Shown here piece by piece: positions 27,677-35,992 of a DNA stretch of 64,000 nucleotides. Origin of the DNA: Enterobacteria phage vB_EcoM_IME281. Location of the stretch: the sequence record MH051913. The stretch is one strand, 5' to 3'. The position numbers and the translations under genes are program-made. Within the stretch, counting starts at the first letter, position 1, and each line of letters starts with the position of its first letter. The notes beneath the pieces are model-generated. The model was not told the origin of the DNA. It did no database searches and saw only the letters and a list, made by a program, of their open reading frames with translations.

Positions 27677-27988
27677 ATGCAAAGCACCGACATTTCTCAA
27701 TTGACCGAAGAGCAAATTGAAGAAGCCCAGAAGCGTTTAGAAGAGAATAATGCTAAAGAAGCCGCTTCTCAAGCTGCCAAAATTCTTAAAAAGAATGCCC
27801 GTGAAATTAAGCGTCTTAATACACACGCACAGGGCGCTGTTCTCGAAAACAATTTCGAAGCTTACAAATATGCTATAATTAAATTACGTGGTATTTACCG
27901 TCAACCAACTACTGACGAAATCGTTAGAGTTATGTGGGAAACTACGCGTAAACAGATTTGGGAAATTATCAATGGCGCTAGTAAATAA
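27677..27988 (+). CDS. hypothetical protein
   Basis: 103-aa ORF. Confidence 0.55.
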   Translation: MQSTDISQLTEEQIEEAQKRLEENNAKEAASQAAKILKKNAREIKRLNTHAQGAVLENNFEAYKYAIIKLRGIYRQPTTDEIVRVMWETTRKQIWEIINGASK

Positions 27989-28172
27989 ACCCTTTAAACG
28001 GCTTCTTATTGGAGCCGCCTTCAGACTTCGCTCATACGGTAATATTTGTATTAAGCAGACTGAAACCGAATATAAAATGGTTGGGCAGTATTCCGATGAA
28101 ATTTTTCGGATTGAGCCTGTAGCCAAGGTTTGGGTTGATTCACATCAACTTAAGAAGTGGTGGCAACGATGA
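27972..28172 (+). CDS. hypothetical basic protein
   Basis: ORF from MALVNK. Confidence 0.4.
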   Translation: MALVNKPFKRLLIGAAFRLRSYGNICIKQTETEYKMVGQYSDEIFRIEPVAKVWVDSHQLKKWWQR

Positions 28173-28191
28173 TAACATGGACAGGTGGCTA

Positions 28192-28283
28192 ATGAAAGAC
28201 GAACATCCGGATTTTTAAGCTATGAATGACGAATACGAAAAAGTTTAAGAGGTTTTATGAATGACGAATTCGATGGATTTTGA
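28192..28283 (+). repeat. three tandem ~30-bp direct repeats, each an 8-codon mini-ORF (MKDEHPDF, MNDEYEKV, MNDEFDGF)
   Basis: Direct reading: atgaaagacgaacatccggatttttaa / atgaatgacgaatacgaaaaagtttaa / atgaatgacgaattcgatggattttga. Confidence 0.6.
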
Positions 28284-28434
28284 TAAGATTAAATCTGACA
28301 AAAATGAGATGATACTTAAATTTGAAGCTGCTCGTATTAAAGCGGAAAATGAAGGTACTATTACCTATAAGCCTATCAAGTTCAGGTCTTCTCATGAACC
28401 TCTGTATGGCGTATTAATTGGTAAAGGAGCTTAG
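28261..28434 (+). CDS. hypothetical small protein
   Basis: 57-codon ORF overlapping third mini-ORF in another frame; terminator follows. Confidence 0.35.
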   Translation: MTNSMDFDKIKSDKNEMILKFEAARIKAENEGTITYKPIKFRSSHEPLYGVLIGKGA

Positions 28435-28446
28435 GCTCCTTTTTTG
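28425..28446 (+). terminator. intrinsic terminator
   Basis: AGGAGC-ttag-GCTCCT then TTTTT. Confidence 0.65.
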
Positions 28447-28488
28447 CTTTATATTCGGATGATAAAATGAACCAACTGAGGAGAACAT

Positions 28489-28632
28489 ATGGAATTACTT
28501 TTAGGATATGTCGTGTTATTCATGGCATTCTACACATTCACACGAGCCTGTTGGATAGGATTCTTTTCTACTCCTGATGGGTTCATCTCAATAATTTTAT
28601 TTTGCATTGCGATAACGGTGCTCGGCTTATGA
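28489..28632 (+). CDS. hypothetical small membrane protein
   Basis: 47-codon hydrophobic ORF with GAGGAG SD, ATGA-coupled to gene 47. Confidence 0.4.
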   Translation: MELLLGYVVLFMAFYTFTRACWIGFFSTPDGFISIILFCIAITVLGL

Positions 28633-29651
28633 AAATATTAAACACTGGTGACTGGCACCTTGGAGTGAAGGCCGATGATGTGTGGGTACAAAATATCCAA
28701 CGTCAAGGTATCCAAGACGCTATCAATTATTCTAAAGCAAATGGTATTACCGTGTGGATTCAATACGGTGATATCTTTGACGTTCGTAAAGCAATTACCC
28801 ATAAGTGTATGGAATTCGCTCGCGAAATCTCTGATTTGCTTAAAGCTAATGGCATTACCATGTATACCATTGTTGGTAATCATGATATGCACTACAAAAA
28901 TACCTTGACTCCTAACGCAGCTTCTGAAGTTCTGGGTAAATATGACCATATCAAGGTTATTGAGAAACCTACTACGGTTAACTTTGATGGCACCGAAATT
29001 GATTTGATTCCATGGATGTGTGAAGAAAACACTACTGATATCATGGACCATATCAAAAATACCACAGCAGATTTCTGTATTGGACATTGGGAATTAAATG
29101 GTTTCTATTTCTATAAAGGAATGAAATCTCATGGTTTAGAACCTGATTTCCTTAAAAAGTATAAGCAAGTTTGGTCAGGTCACTTCCACACTATTTCTGA
29201 TGCAGCAAACGTCAAGTACATTGGTACTCCATGGACCCTTACTGCAGGTGATGAGAACGACCCTCGTGGTTTCTGGATTTTCGATACCGAAACTCATAAA
29301 ATGGATTTCATCATTAATGAAACCTGTTGGCATCGTAAGATTCATTATCCTAACGAGACTATCGATTACAAAGATTTTACAAATATCGCAGTTCGTGTTA
29401 TAGTCGATAAAATCGATGACGGTCTTACTAAGTTCGAATCAGAGCTTGAAAAGGTTGTTCACTCTTTACGTATTGTGTCTAAGGTAGATAATAGTGTTGA
29501 TATCGATGATTCTGAAGAGGAAGACGAAGTTAAATCCCTCTTGGATATGATGTATGATTATATCGATGCCCTTCCTGATGGCCACACTGAAGCCGATGTT
29601 AAAGCCCTTAAGACTATGGCTGCACAACTTTATAATGAGGTTACACGATGA
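28629..29651 (+). CDS. 47: recombination endonuclease subunit gp47 (Mre11/SbcD-like)
   Basis: Calcineurin-like phosphoesterase motifs GDWHLG, GNHDM, GHFH; synteny with gene 46. Confidence 0.9.
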   Translation: MKILNTGDWHLGVKADDVWVQNIQRQGIQDAINYSKANGITVWIQYGDIFDVRKAITHKCMEFAREISDLLKANGITMYTIVGNHDMHYKNTLTPNAASEVLGKYDHIKVIEKPTTVNFDGTEIDLIPWMCEENTTDIMDHIKNTTADFCIGHWELNGFYFYKGMKSHGLEPDFLKKYKQVWSGHFHTISDAANVKYIGTPWTLTAGDENDPRGFWIFDTETHKMDFIINETCWHRKIHYPNETIDYKDFTNIAVRVIVDKIDDGLTKFESELEKVVHSLRIVSKVDNSVDIDDSEEEDEVKSLLDMMYDYIDALPDGHTEADVKALKTMAAQLYNEVTR

Positions 29652-29911
29652 CTTTAGATGAATTCAAAAAATCGGGACTTGAACTGGAACACGACTGTAT
29701 AGTTATTGATGATGATGGTCAACCTAGTACAATTAAGTTCTGGTTTGAAGCCGTGAGCACTCGTGATACCGGCGAGCTTATTAAAGTTTATGTTGCTACC
29801 GATTGGGCTGTAGAATTTAGCTTTAATGTAATGGTAGATGATACTCCAGAAACATTAATTCATATGGCTGAATCATGCATCAAGGATGCTTATAACGATG
29901 AAGACTTTTAA
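29648..29911 (+). CDS. hypothetical acidic protein
   Basis: 87-aa ORF between 47 and 46. Confidence 0.5.
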   Translation: MTLDEFKKSGLELEHDCIVIDDDGQPSTIKFWFEAVSTRDTGELIKVYVATDWAVEFSFNVMVDDTPETLIHMAESCIKDAYNDEDF

Positions 29912-31580
29912 GTTAAAGAAAGTAACGTATAAAAATATTATGTCGGTCGGGCAGCAGCCCATTACAATCCAACTTGATAAGGTCCAAAAGACCTTAGTCA
30001 CTGGTAAAAATGGTGCAGGGAAATCAACATTCCTTGAAGCTGTAACATTTGCTCTGTTCGGTAAGCCTTTTCGTGATGTTAAGAAAGGGCAGTTGATTAA
30101 CTCAAGTAACAAGAAAGACCTTTTGGTCGAACTGTGGATGGAATATGATGTCAAAGAATACTATATCAAACGCGGGCAAAAACCCAACGTTTTTGAAATC
30201 TCTTGTGACGGTGAACGTCTTGATGAATCTGCCAGCAGTAAAGACTTCCAAGCGGAATTTGAACAGCTTATCGGAATGTCCTACGCAAGCTTCAAACAAA
30301 TTGTCGTACTCGGCACAGCTGGATATACCCCTTTTATGGGCCTATCCACTCCTGCAAGAAGAAAACTCGTCGAAGACCTCTTAGAGGTTTCCGTATTAGC
30401 GGATATGGATAAGTTGAACAAATCTTTGATTCGTGAGACTAATAGCCAAATCCAAGTAATAGACGTTAAGCAAGATTCTATTACCCAACAAATTAAAATT
30501 TATAATGACAACGAAGAACGCCAACGTAAATTATCTGGCGAGAACGCGGCCCGTCTACAATTAATGTATGATGAGCTCGTTAAAGAAGCCAGGACTGCGA
30601 AGGCGAGCATAGAATCCCTGACTGATGAATTACTCAATGTTATCGTAGATGATGACCCTAGCGATTCCATGAGTGACCTGAGTAATAAAGGATTTGCAAT
30701 CAAAAATGATATGGCAACCTTTACAAAGGTGGTTAAGTTATACGAAACCGGTGGTCACTGCCCTACGTGTATGCAAGGGTTAGAAGAGCATGGTAATATC
30801 CTTACTAAAATTAAGGATAAAAACTTTGAGCTTCAAAAATCTTTGGATAAGATTAATGAGCAATACCAAGAGCTCAAGCTCATTAAAGACCAAGTAACCG
30901 AACAACGCAATAAAGCATTGGCTATTAAATCTCAGATAGCTACTCATAAGCAGCAAGCCATTACTGCTGTAGAGAAAGCCAAAAAGGTTAAGGTATTAAT
31001 TGACCAAGCGGCAGCTGAGTTCGTAAGTAATGCCGAAGAGATTGCTGCGCTTCAAGCAGAGCTTGATAAAATCGTCTCTACCAAATCGTCCTTGGTAATG
31101 GAAAAATATCATCGTGGAATTCTGACAGAAATGTTGAAGGATGCAGGTATTAAAGGTTCCATTATTAAGAAATACATTCCTATCTTTAATAAGCAGATTA
31201 ATTCTTATTTGAAGATTATGGAAGCGGACTACGTCTTTACCCTAGACGAAGAATTCAATGAGACGATTAAATCACGTGGACGTGAAGACTTTAGTTATGC
31301 TTCATTTTCACAGGGTGAGAAAGCACGTATTGATATCGCACTACTTTTTACCTGGCGTGATATTGCTGAAAAAGTCAGTGGAGTCCACATTAGTACATTA
31401 GTGTTGGATGAAGTTTTTGATGGAGCAGTTGACGCTGAGGCTGTTAAGGCGATTGCAAGTATTCTTAATAGTCTTGAAGACAGTAATGTTTTTATAATCA
31501 GCCACAGGGACCATGACCCTCAAGCATATGGTCAGCATTTACAAATGAAAAAGGTTGGTCGATTTACAATTATGGAATAA
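29898..31580 (+). CDS. 46: recombination endonuclease subunit gp46 (Rad50/SbcC-like ATPase)
   Basis: Walker A GKNGAGKST, coiled-coil middle, C-terminal signature/Walker B LVLDEVFDG; 560 aa. Confidence 0.92.
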   Translation: MKTFKLKKVTYKNIMSVGQQPITIQLDKVQKTLVTGKNGAGKSTFLEAVTFALFGKPFRDVKKGQLINSSNKKDLLVELWMEYDVKEYYIKRGQKPNVFEISCDGERLDESASSKDFQAEFEQLIGMSYASFKQIVVLGTAGYTPFMGLSTPARRKLVEDLLEVSVLADMDKLNKSLIRETNSQIQVIDVKQDSITQQIKIYNDNEERQRKLSGENAARLQLMYDELVKEARTAKASIESLTDELLNVIVDDDPSDSMSDLSNKGFAIKNDMATFTKVVKLYETGGHCPTCMQGLEEHGNILTKIKDKNFELQKSLDKINEQYQELKLIKDQVTEQRNKALAIKSQIATHKQQAITAVEKAKKVKVLIDQAAAEFVSNAEEIAALQAELDKIVSTKSSLVMEKYHRGILTEMLKDAGIKGSIIKKYIPIFNKQINSYLKIMEADYVFTLDEEFNETIKSRGREDFSYASFSQGEKARIDIALLFTWRDIAEKVSGVHISTLVLDEVFDGAVDAEAVKAIASILNSLEDSNVFIISHRDHDPQAYGQHLQMKKVGRFTIME

Positions 31581-31597
31581 GCCTCTTATTGAGGCTT
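31579..31597. terminator. bidirectional hairpin between convergent gene 46 and HNH gene
   Basis: AAGCCTC-ttatt-GAGGCTT overlapping both stop codons. Confidence 0.5.
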
Positions 31598-32323
31598 CAT
31601 TTTACAGTTATCGAAATGCCAACGATTCATATTACCGGAATTCCCTTGTTTACCACAATGAGGGCATTCTACCTTCTTTTCTGATTTTTTGCGTCCGTTA
31701 GGATTTTTCTTACAAAAAACTTTATGAGCCGCAATAACACAGGATTTTCCTGAAAGGCCACAGAATTCACATTCCACAATTTTATGGACCATGTTTTCTA
31801 GGCCTTTCTTTATTTTTAATTTTTGCTCTTCAGATATAGAGCGGTCTACTTTATTAGGGCCTTTAGGACAGTTATCGAAATGCCATCTGTTCATATTGCC
31901 TACCAATCCAGTTTTGCCACAGTGTGGACAGGTAACTCTAGGCTTTTTTAAAGCGGAAATTGACATTTTCTTTCTGGTTTCTTCCGAGAATTCTTTATCC
32001 TTTTGGGCTTCTGAATTCTTACGACGAAGCCATCCAAATAATTTATTTTTAGACCTATCAGCTTTTGGTGAGCTAACTGTCATCATTCTTGCTGCATAGA
32101 CTAACGATGCGTTATCTGGATGGATTTTAACTAACAACTGGTGAGCCAAGTAATGTTCTTCAGGTGTTAAGTCTACCAAGTTTAAAGCGTCATCCGTCCC
32201 ACCCATGCATTGTGGTATAATGTGATGACGTTCTTTATAGGTAGTTAAATTTCTATTAACTGCTCGTTGAATAAGCTTTTCGTATATTGATTTATAATTC
32301 ATTATCAAATCCTTATTTGACAC
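31586..32323 (-). CDS. free-standing HNH homing endonuclease with C-terminal zinc-finger repeats
   Basis: HNH core HHIIPQCMGGTDDALNLVDLTPEEHYLAH; three CPHCGK..GNMNRWHFDNC-like repeats; only sizeable minus-strand gene. Confidence 0.85.
   Translation of the reverse strand: MSNKDLIMNYKSIYEKLIQRAVNRNLTTYKERHHIIPQCMGGTDDALNLVDLTPEEHYLAHQLLVKIHPDNASLVYAARMMTVSSPKADRSKNKLFGWLRRKNSEAQKDKEFSEETRKKMSISALKKPRVTCPHCGKTGLVGNMNRWHFDNCPKGPNKVDRSISEEQKLKIKKGLENMVHKIVECEFCGLSGKSCVIAAHKVFCKKNPNGRKKSEKKVECPHCGKQGNSGNMNRWHFDNCKMKPQ
31586..32323 (-). mobile_element. HNH homing endonuclease gene inserted between genes 46 and 45
   Basis: Opposite orientation to all neighbours; HNH family typical of T4 mob genes. 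Confidence 0.7.
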
Positions 32324-32345
32324 AGCGACCGATAAAGATATTTAT

Positions 32346-32540
32346 ATGGCTTCCAATTTTATAACAGGCCAGCATTTGTTGGCCGTTCCAGAAATAAAGA
32401 GATATGTTTTAGTTAACAACTTCTCTGGAGACGAACATCTTGTTACTGAAGATTATCTCCAAAATGCTTTTAAGTCAGAATATGTTACAATCATGTCAAA
32501 TAGAAATCCAGCATGGTTTGTCTATGAGTACTTTGATTAA
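32346..32540 (+). CDS. hypothetical protein
   Basis: 64-aa ORF. Confidence 0.5.
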   Translation: MASNFITGQHLLAVPEIKRYVLVNNFSGDEHLVTEDYLQNAFKSEYVTIMSNRNPAWFVYEYFD

Positions 32541-32542
32541 AT

Positions 32543-32566
32543 TGCTTTAAAATATTGATTTATAAT
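32543..32566 (+). promoter_or_regulatory. possible middle-type promoter upstream of the gene-45 module
   Basis: TGCTTTA then 11 nt then TATAAT. Confidence 0.5.
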
Positions 32567-32596
32567 ACATTTACCAACTAAATGAGAGAAAATATT

Positions 32597-33016
32597 ATGT
32601 TTGCTACTTCTAATGGCGTTACCGTTAAAGATATCCAAGTTAAAACCATCCGTACTGATTCCAACCCACATAATCAGAACCGTATCCGTAAATCATGGGT
32701 ACTGAATATTGATACCGACTCTGCACGCCGACTGCAGTCTCTTCCACAAGAAACCAAGTTTATGCTGTACAGTATCATCGATAATGATGTATCTGATAAG
32801 TGGATTGAAATCATGCGTAAACACTTTAAAGATTCTTTGGCTGCAGGTGCTAAACTTGTTATCGACCGCGACGGTTCTGAACGTTTAGAAGATGATTATT
32901 GCGTCGACCCTGATGAGCAGTTGCTTGAAGCCGGTTCTATTATTGCTTCCAAGATTCCAGAGTATATTGAATCTCTGCCTGAATCAATCCGTAAACAAAT
33001 GATCGTAATTGCTTAA
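32597..33016 (+). CDS. hypothetical protein (possibly RNA polymerase-binding RpbA by position)
   Basis: ORF from MFATSNG after GAGAGAAAATATTATG; middle-type promoter upstream. Confidence 0.5.
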   Translation: MFATSNGVTVKDIQVKTIRTDSNPHNQNRIRKSWVLNIDTDSARRLQSLPQETKFMLYSIIDNDVSDKWIEIMRKHFKDSLAAGAKLVIDRDGSERLEDDYCVDPDEQLLEAGSIIASKIPEYIESLPESIRKQMIVIA

Positions 33017-33041
33017 TAATTTGACTTGATAAGGAAACATT

Positions 33042-33740
33042 ATGAAATTCTCTAAAGAAACCCTGAACATTCTTAAAAACTTCTCTGGTATTAACCCAGG
33101 CATTATGCTTAAACCAGGTAACACCATTCTGACCCGATCTGTTACCGGTGCAAGTTATGGTGAAGCTACTGTAAGTGATACCTTCGATATCGAAGCAGCA
33201 ATCTATGATTTGAATGGCTTCTTAAGTATTCTGTCTTTGGTATCGGAAAGTGCTGAAGTTTCGGTAAGTGAAGACCAAACAACATTAATTATTAAAGACC
33301 AACGTTCAACAATTAAGTGGCCTATTGCCGACCCAAGCACAATCGCATTCCCAAGTAAAGCTATTCCGTTCCCTGTGGCCGAAGTTATTTTCGACCTGAA
33401 AGCCGAAGATTATCAACAGTTGATGCGTGTGTCCTCTGGTCTGAGTATTGATACATTTGCAATCACTGTAGACGATGGTAAAATTGTTATCAACGGTTAT
33501 AAACAAGTCGACGATAAAGAATTAACTCGCCCATTGTATTCTCTGGTCGTGGCCGACCATGATGGTCCTGACTTTAAGTTCATCATTAACAAAACCAATA
33601 TGAAAATGATGCCTGCTGATTATCATGTGTTGTTATGGGCGCGCGGTGAAGGTCAGGATGCTCGATTTGCAGCTAAGTTTGAAGGTACACAAGCTTCTTA
33701 TGTATTAGCTATGGAAGCAGGCTCAAGCCACTCGTTCTAA
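33042..33740 (+). CDS. 45: sliding clamp gp45
   Basis: 232 aa collinear with T4 gp45 (IYDLNGFL...KIVINGY...FEG..A.YVLA.EA). Confidence 0.93.
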   Translation: MKFSKETLNILKNFSGINPGIMLKPGNTILTRSVTGASYGEATVSDTFDIEAAIYDLNGFLSILSLVSESAEVSVSEDQTTLIIKDQRSTIKWPIADPSTIAFPSKAIPFPVAEVIFDLKAEDYQQLMRVSSGLSIDTFAITVDDGKIVINGYKQVDDKELTRPLYSLVVADHDGPDFKFIINKTNMKMMPADYHVLLWARGEGQDARFAAKFEGTQASYVLAMEAGSSHSF

Positions 33741-33746
33741 AGCATA

Positions 33747-33763
33747 GGGAGGAATTTCCTCCC
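33747..33763 (+). terminator. stem-loop after gene 45 (weak terminator or processing/stability element)
   Basis: GGGAGG-aattt-CCTCCC with a short T tract. Confidence 0.4.
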
Positions 33764-33801
33764 TTGGAGTATAATGTAAAAACAAACCTGAGGAAATTAA
33801 T

Positions 33802-34761
33802 ATGCTTACAGTAAATAATAATGAATTCATGTGGGAACAGAAATATCGTCCAGGTACTTTATCTGAATGTATTCTGCCTGCTCATGATAAAGAAACTCTC
33901 CAAGCCATTGTTAATAAGGGCCTAATCCCTAACATTATCCTAGTCTCTGCTTCACCAGGCACAGGTAAAACTACCGTGGCTAAAGCATTGTGTGCTGATA
34001 CAAATTCAGACATGTTGTTTGTTAACGGTTCCGACTGTCGTATTGATTTCGTTCGTAACGAACTTACTCGTTTTGCATCTTCTAAATCTATCGAAGGTAA
34101 ACGTAAGGTAATTGTTATTGACGAATTCGACCGTGCTGGTGTTGCTGAAGCTCAACGCCACCTTCGTTCATTCTTAGAGGCCTATTCCTCAAACTGTTCT
34201 GTAATTATTACAGCAAACAATATTGATGGTATCATCGGTCCACTTCAATCCCGTTGTCGTGTAATTAAATTTGGTGAAGCCACTCCAGCTGACCAAACAG
34301 CCATGATGAAAGAAATGATTCATCGTGCCGTAGCAATTTGTAAAAACGAAAATATCGAAGTCGAAGACCTTAAAGTTATTGCGGCTTTAGTTAAACAAAA
34401 CTTCCCTGACTTCCGTAAAACAGTTAACCAACTGGACCGTTATTCCTCAAGTGGTAAAATCGATACAGGCATTTTGAGTATTGTAATGAATACCAATTCG
34501 CCTATTGATGAAGTAGTGGCTGCACTGAAAGATAAAAACTTTAAAGAACTCCGTGCATTAGCTCCTCGTCATGTCAATGATTATGCCAACTTTATTATGG
34601 CATTGGCTAACGAACTCTATGGTAAATTGCCTGGACCAAGCATTGTTAGAATGTATGAAATCATCGGTGAAAATAACCAATACCATGGTATTGCTGCTAA
34701 CCCAGAAATTCACCTGACTTATCTGTTTATCCAACTTGCTCTGGAGCTCCAATGGCTATAA
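33802..34761 (+). CDS. 44: clamp loader large subunit gp44 (AAA+)
   Basis: Walker A SPGTGKTT, DEFD Walker B; 319 aa as T4 gp44. Confidence 0.93.
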   Translation: MLTVNNNEFMWEQKYRPGTLSECILPAHDKETLQAIVNKGLIPNIILVSASPGTGKTTVAKALCADTNSDMLFVNGSDCRIDFVRNELTRFASSKSIEGKRKVIVIDEFDRAGVAEAQRHLRSFLEAYSSNCSVIITANNIDGIIGPLQSRCRVIKFGEATPADQTAMMKEMIHRAVAICKNENIEVEDLKVIAALVKQNFPDFRKTVNQLDRYSSSGKIDTGILSIVMNTNSPIDEVVAALKDKNFKELRALAPRHVNDYANFIMALANELYGKLPGPSIVRMYEIIGENNQYHGIAANPEIHLTYLFIQLALELQWL

Positions 34762-35324
34762 GTCTTTTTGATGATGACGTTGAACTGAATGAACATGAAG
34801 TTGCTTGGAAACAACGTAACGACGCTGCTATTCAAGCCTTAGCCGATTCATTTAAAGAAAAGGCTGAAAACGAATTGTTTGCCATTATGAACGATATCAC
34901 ATACGGTAAAAAACAACGTAACTTGGCTCAATCGGAAAACTATAATCAATTTTGGCTAGATAATAGTTTGAGCCAACACGTAGATTGCATTATGCAAGCC
35001 GCGATGGTTAACTGTCTTAAACTTGATGACCAAAGTCACTTCAATTATCTTTTACATGCTGTTCCCAAGGGTAAGAGATTTGGTAAATGGGCTAAGGCCC
35101 ATGATGATGAAGTTAGTGTAGTTTTTATTACTCGTTTATTGATGAAATACCATTCAATTAATAATGATGACGCTTATCGTTATCTCGAGACTTATAAAAT
35201 TAAAGGCCATCTTCCAGCAATGCTTAAGAAGATGAAAGGGTTGGTTACGGACGAGTTCCTGAAATCCGTAACTAAAAATGTGAAAGAACAAAAAGACTTG
35301 AAAAAGAAAGCATTGGAATGGTAA
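34752..35324 (+). CDS. 62: clamp loader small subunit gp62
   Basis: 190 aa ORF overlapping gp44 stop, between 44 and regA as in T4. Confidence 0.8.
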   Translation: MAISLFDDDVELNEHEVAWKQRNDAAIQALADSFKEKAENELFAIMNDITYGKKQRNLAQSENYNQFWLDNSLSQHVDCIMQAAMVNCLKLDDQSHFNYLLHAVPKGKRFGKWAKAHDDEVSVVFITRLLMKYHSINNDDAYRYLETYKIKGHLPAMLKKMKGLVTDEFLKSVTKNVKEQKDLKKKALEW

Positions 35325-35330
35325 ATTAAA

Positions 35331-35693
35331 ATGATTGAAATTACTCTGAAACAACCTGAAGACTTTTTGAAAGTGAAAGAGACCCTGACTCGTATGGGTA
35401 TCGCTAATAATAAAGAAAAGAAACTATATCAATCCTGTCACATTTTGCAAAAGCAAGGACGGTATTATATTGTCCACTTTAAAGAGATGTTGCGTATGGA
35501 TGGCCGCCAGGTAGATATCGATGGTGAAGACTACCAACGTCGTGATTCTATCGCCCAGCTTCTTAAGGATTGGGGACTTATTGATATAGTAGACGATTCT
35601 GAATTGTTCGAAATTACTAATAATTTCCGTGTCATTTCCTTTAAACAGAAAAATGACTGGGAACTATTGTCTAAGTATACGATTGGTAATTAA
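35331..35693 (+). CDS. regA: translational repressor RegA
   Basis: 120 aa collinear with T4 RegA (MIEITLK.PEDFLKVKETLTRMGIANNK...QSCHILQK). Confidence 0.93.
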   Translation: MIEITLKQPEDFLKVKETLTRMGIANNKEKKLYQSCHILQKQGRYYIVHFKEMLRMDGRQVDIDGEDYQRRDSIAQLLKDWGLIDIVDDSELFEITNNFRVISFKQKNDWELLSKYTIGN

Positions 35694-35694
35694 T

Positions 35695-35910
35695 ATGATT
35701 CTTGAAATTGAAACGTGTGAACGTCTTAAAGAGGTGTATGGGCTTTCACCAACTCAAACTGTTTTTGACCTTTCCGAAGAGCTCCAAATAGAATTTCAAA
35801 AGGACCACCATAAGTTACTACATCCAGGTCAGCAAGTCTTCCAGGCTATGATTAAAACTAAAGACGAAGATGGCAATCCGACTATTAAACGCTTGACAAT
35901 AGAAATTTAA
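35695..35910 (+). CDS. hypothetical protein
   Basis: ORF between regA and 43, followed by terminator. Confidence 0.5.
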   Translation: MILEIETCERLKEVYGLSPTQTVFDLSEELQIEFQKDHHKLLHPGQQVFQAMIKTKDEDGNPTIKRLTIEI

Positions 35911-35913
35911 GCA

Positions 35914-35935
35914 AAGGGACTTCGGTCCCTTTTTG
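35914..35935 (+). terminator. intrinsic terminator upstream of gene 43
   Basis: AGGGAC-UUCG-GTCCCT then TTTTT. Confidence 0.7.
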
Positions 35936-35992
35936 GAGTATAATGATTCATCAACAAATAAAAGACAATCACTCGTCTATAAAGGAAATGAA

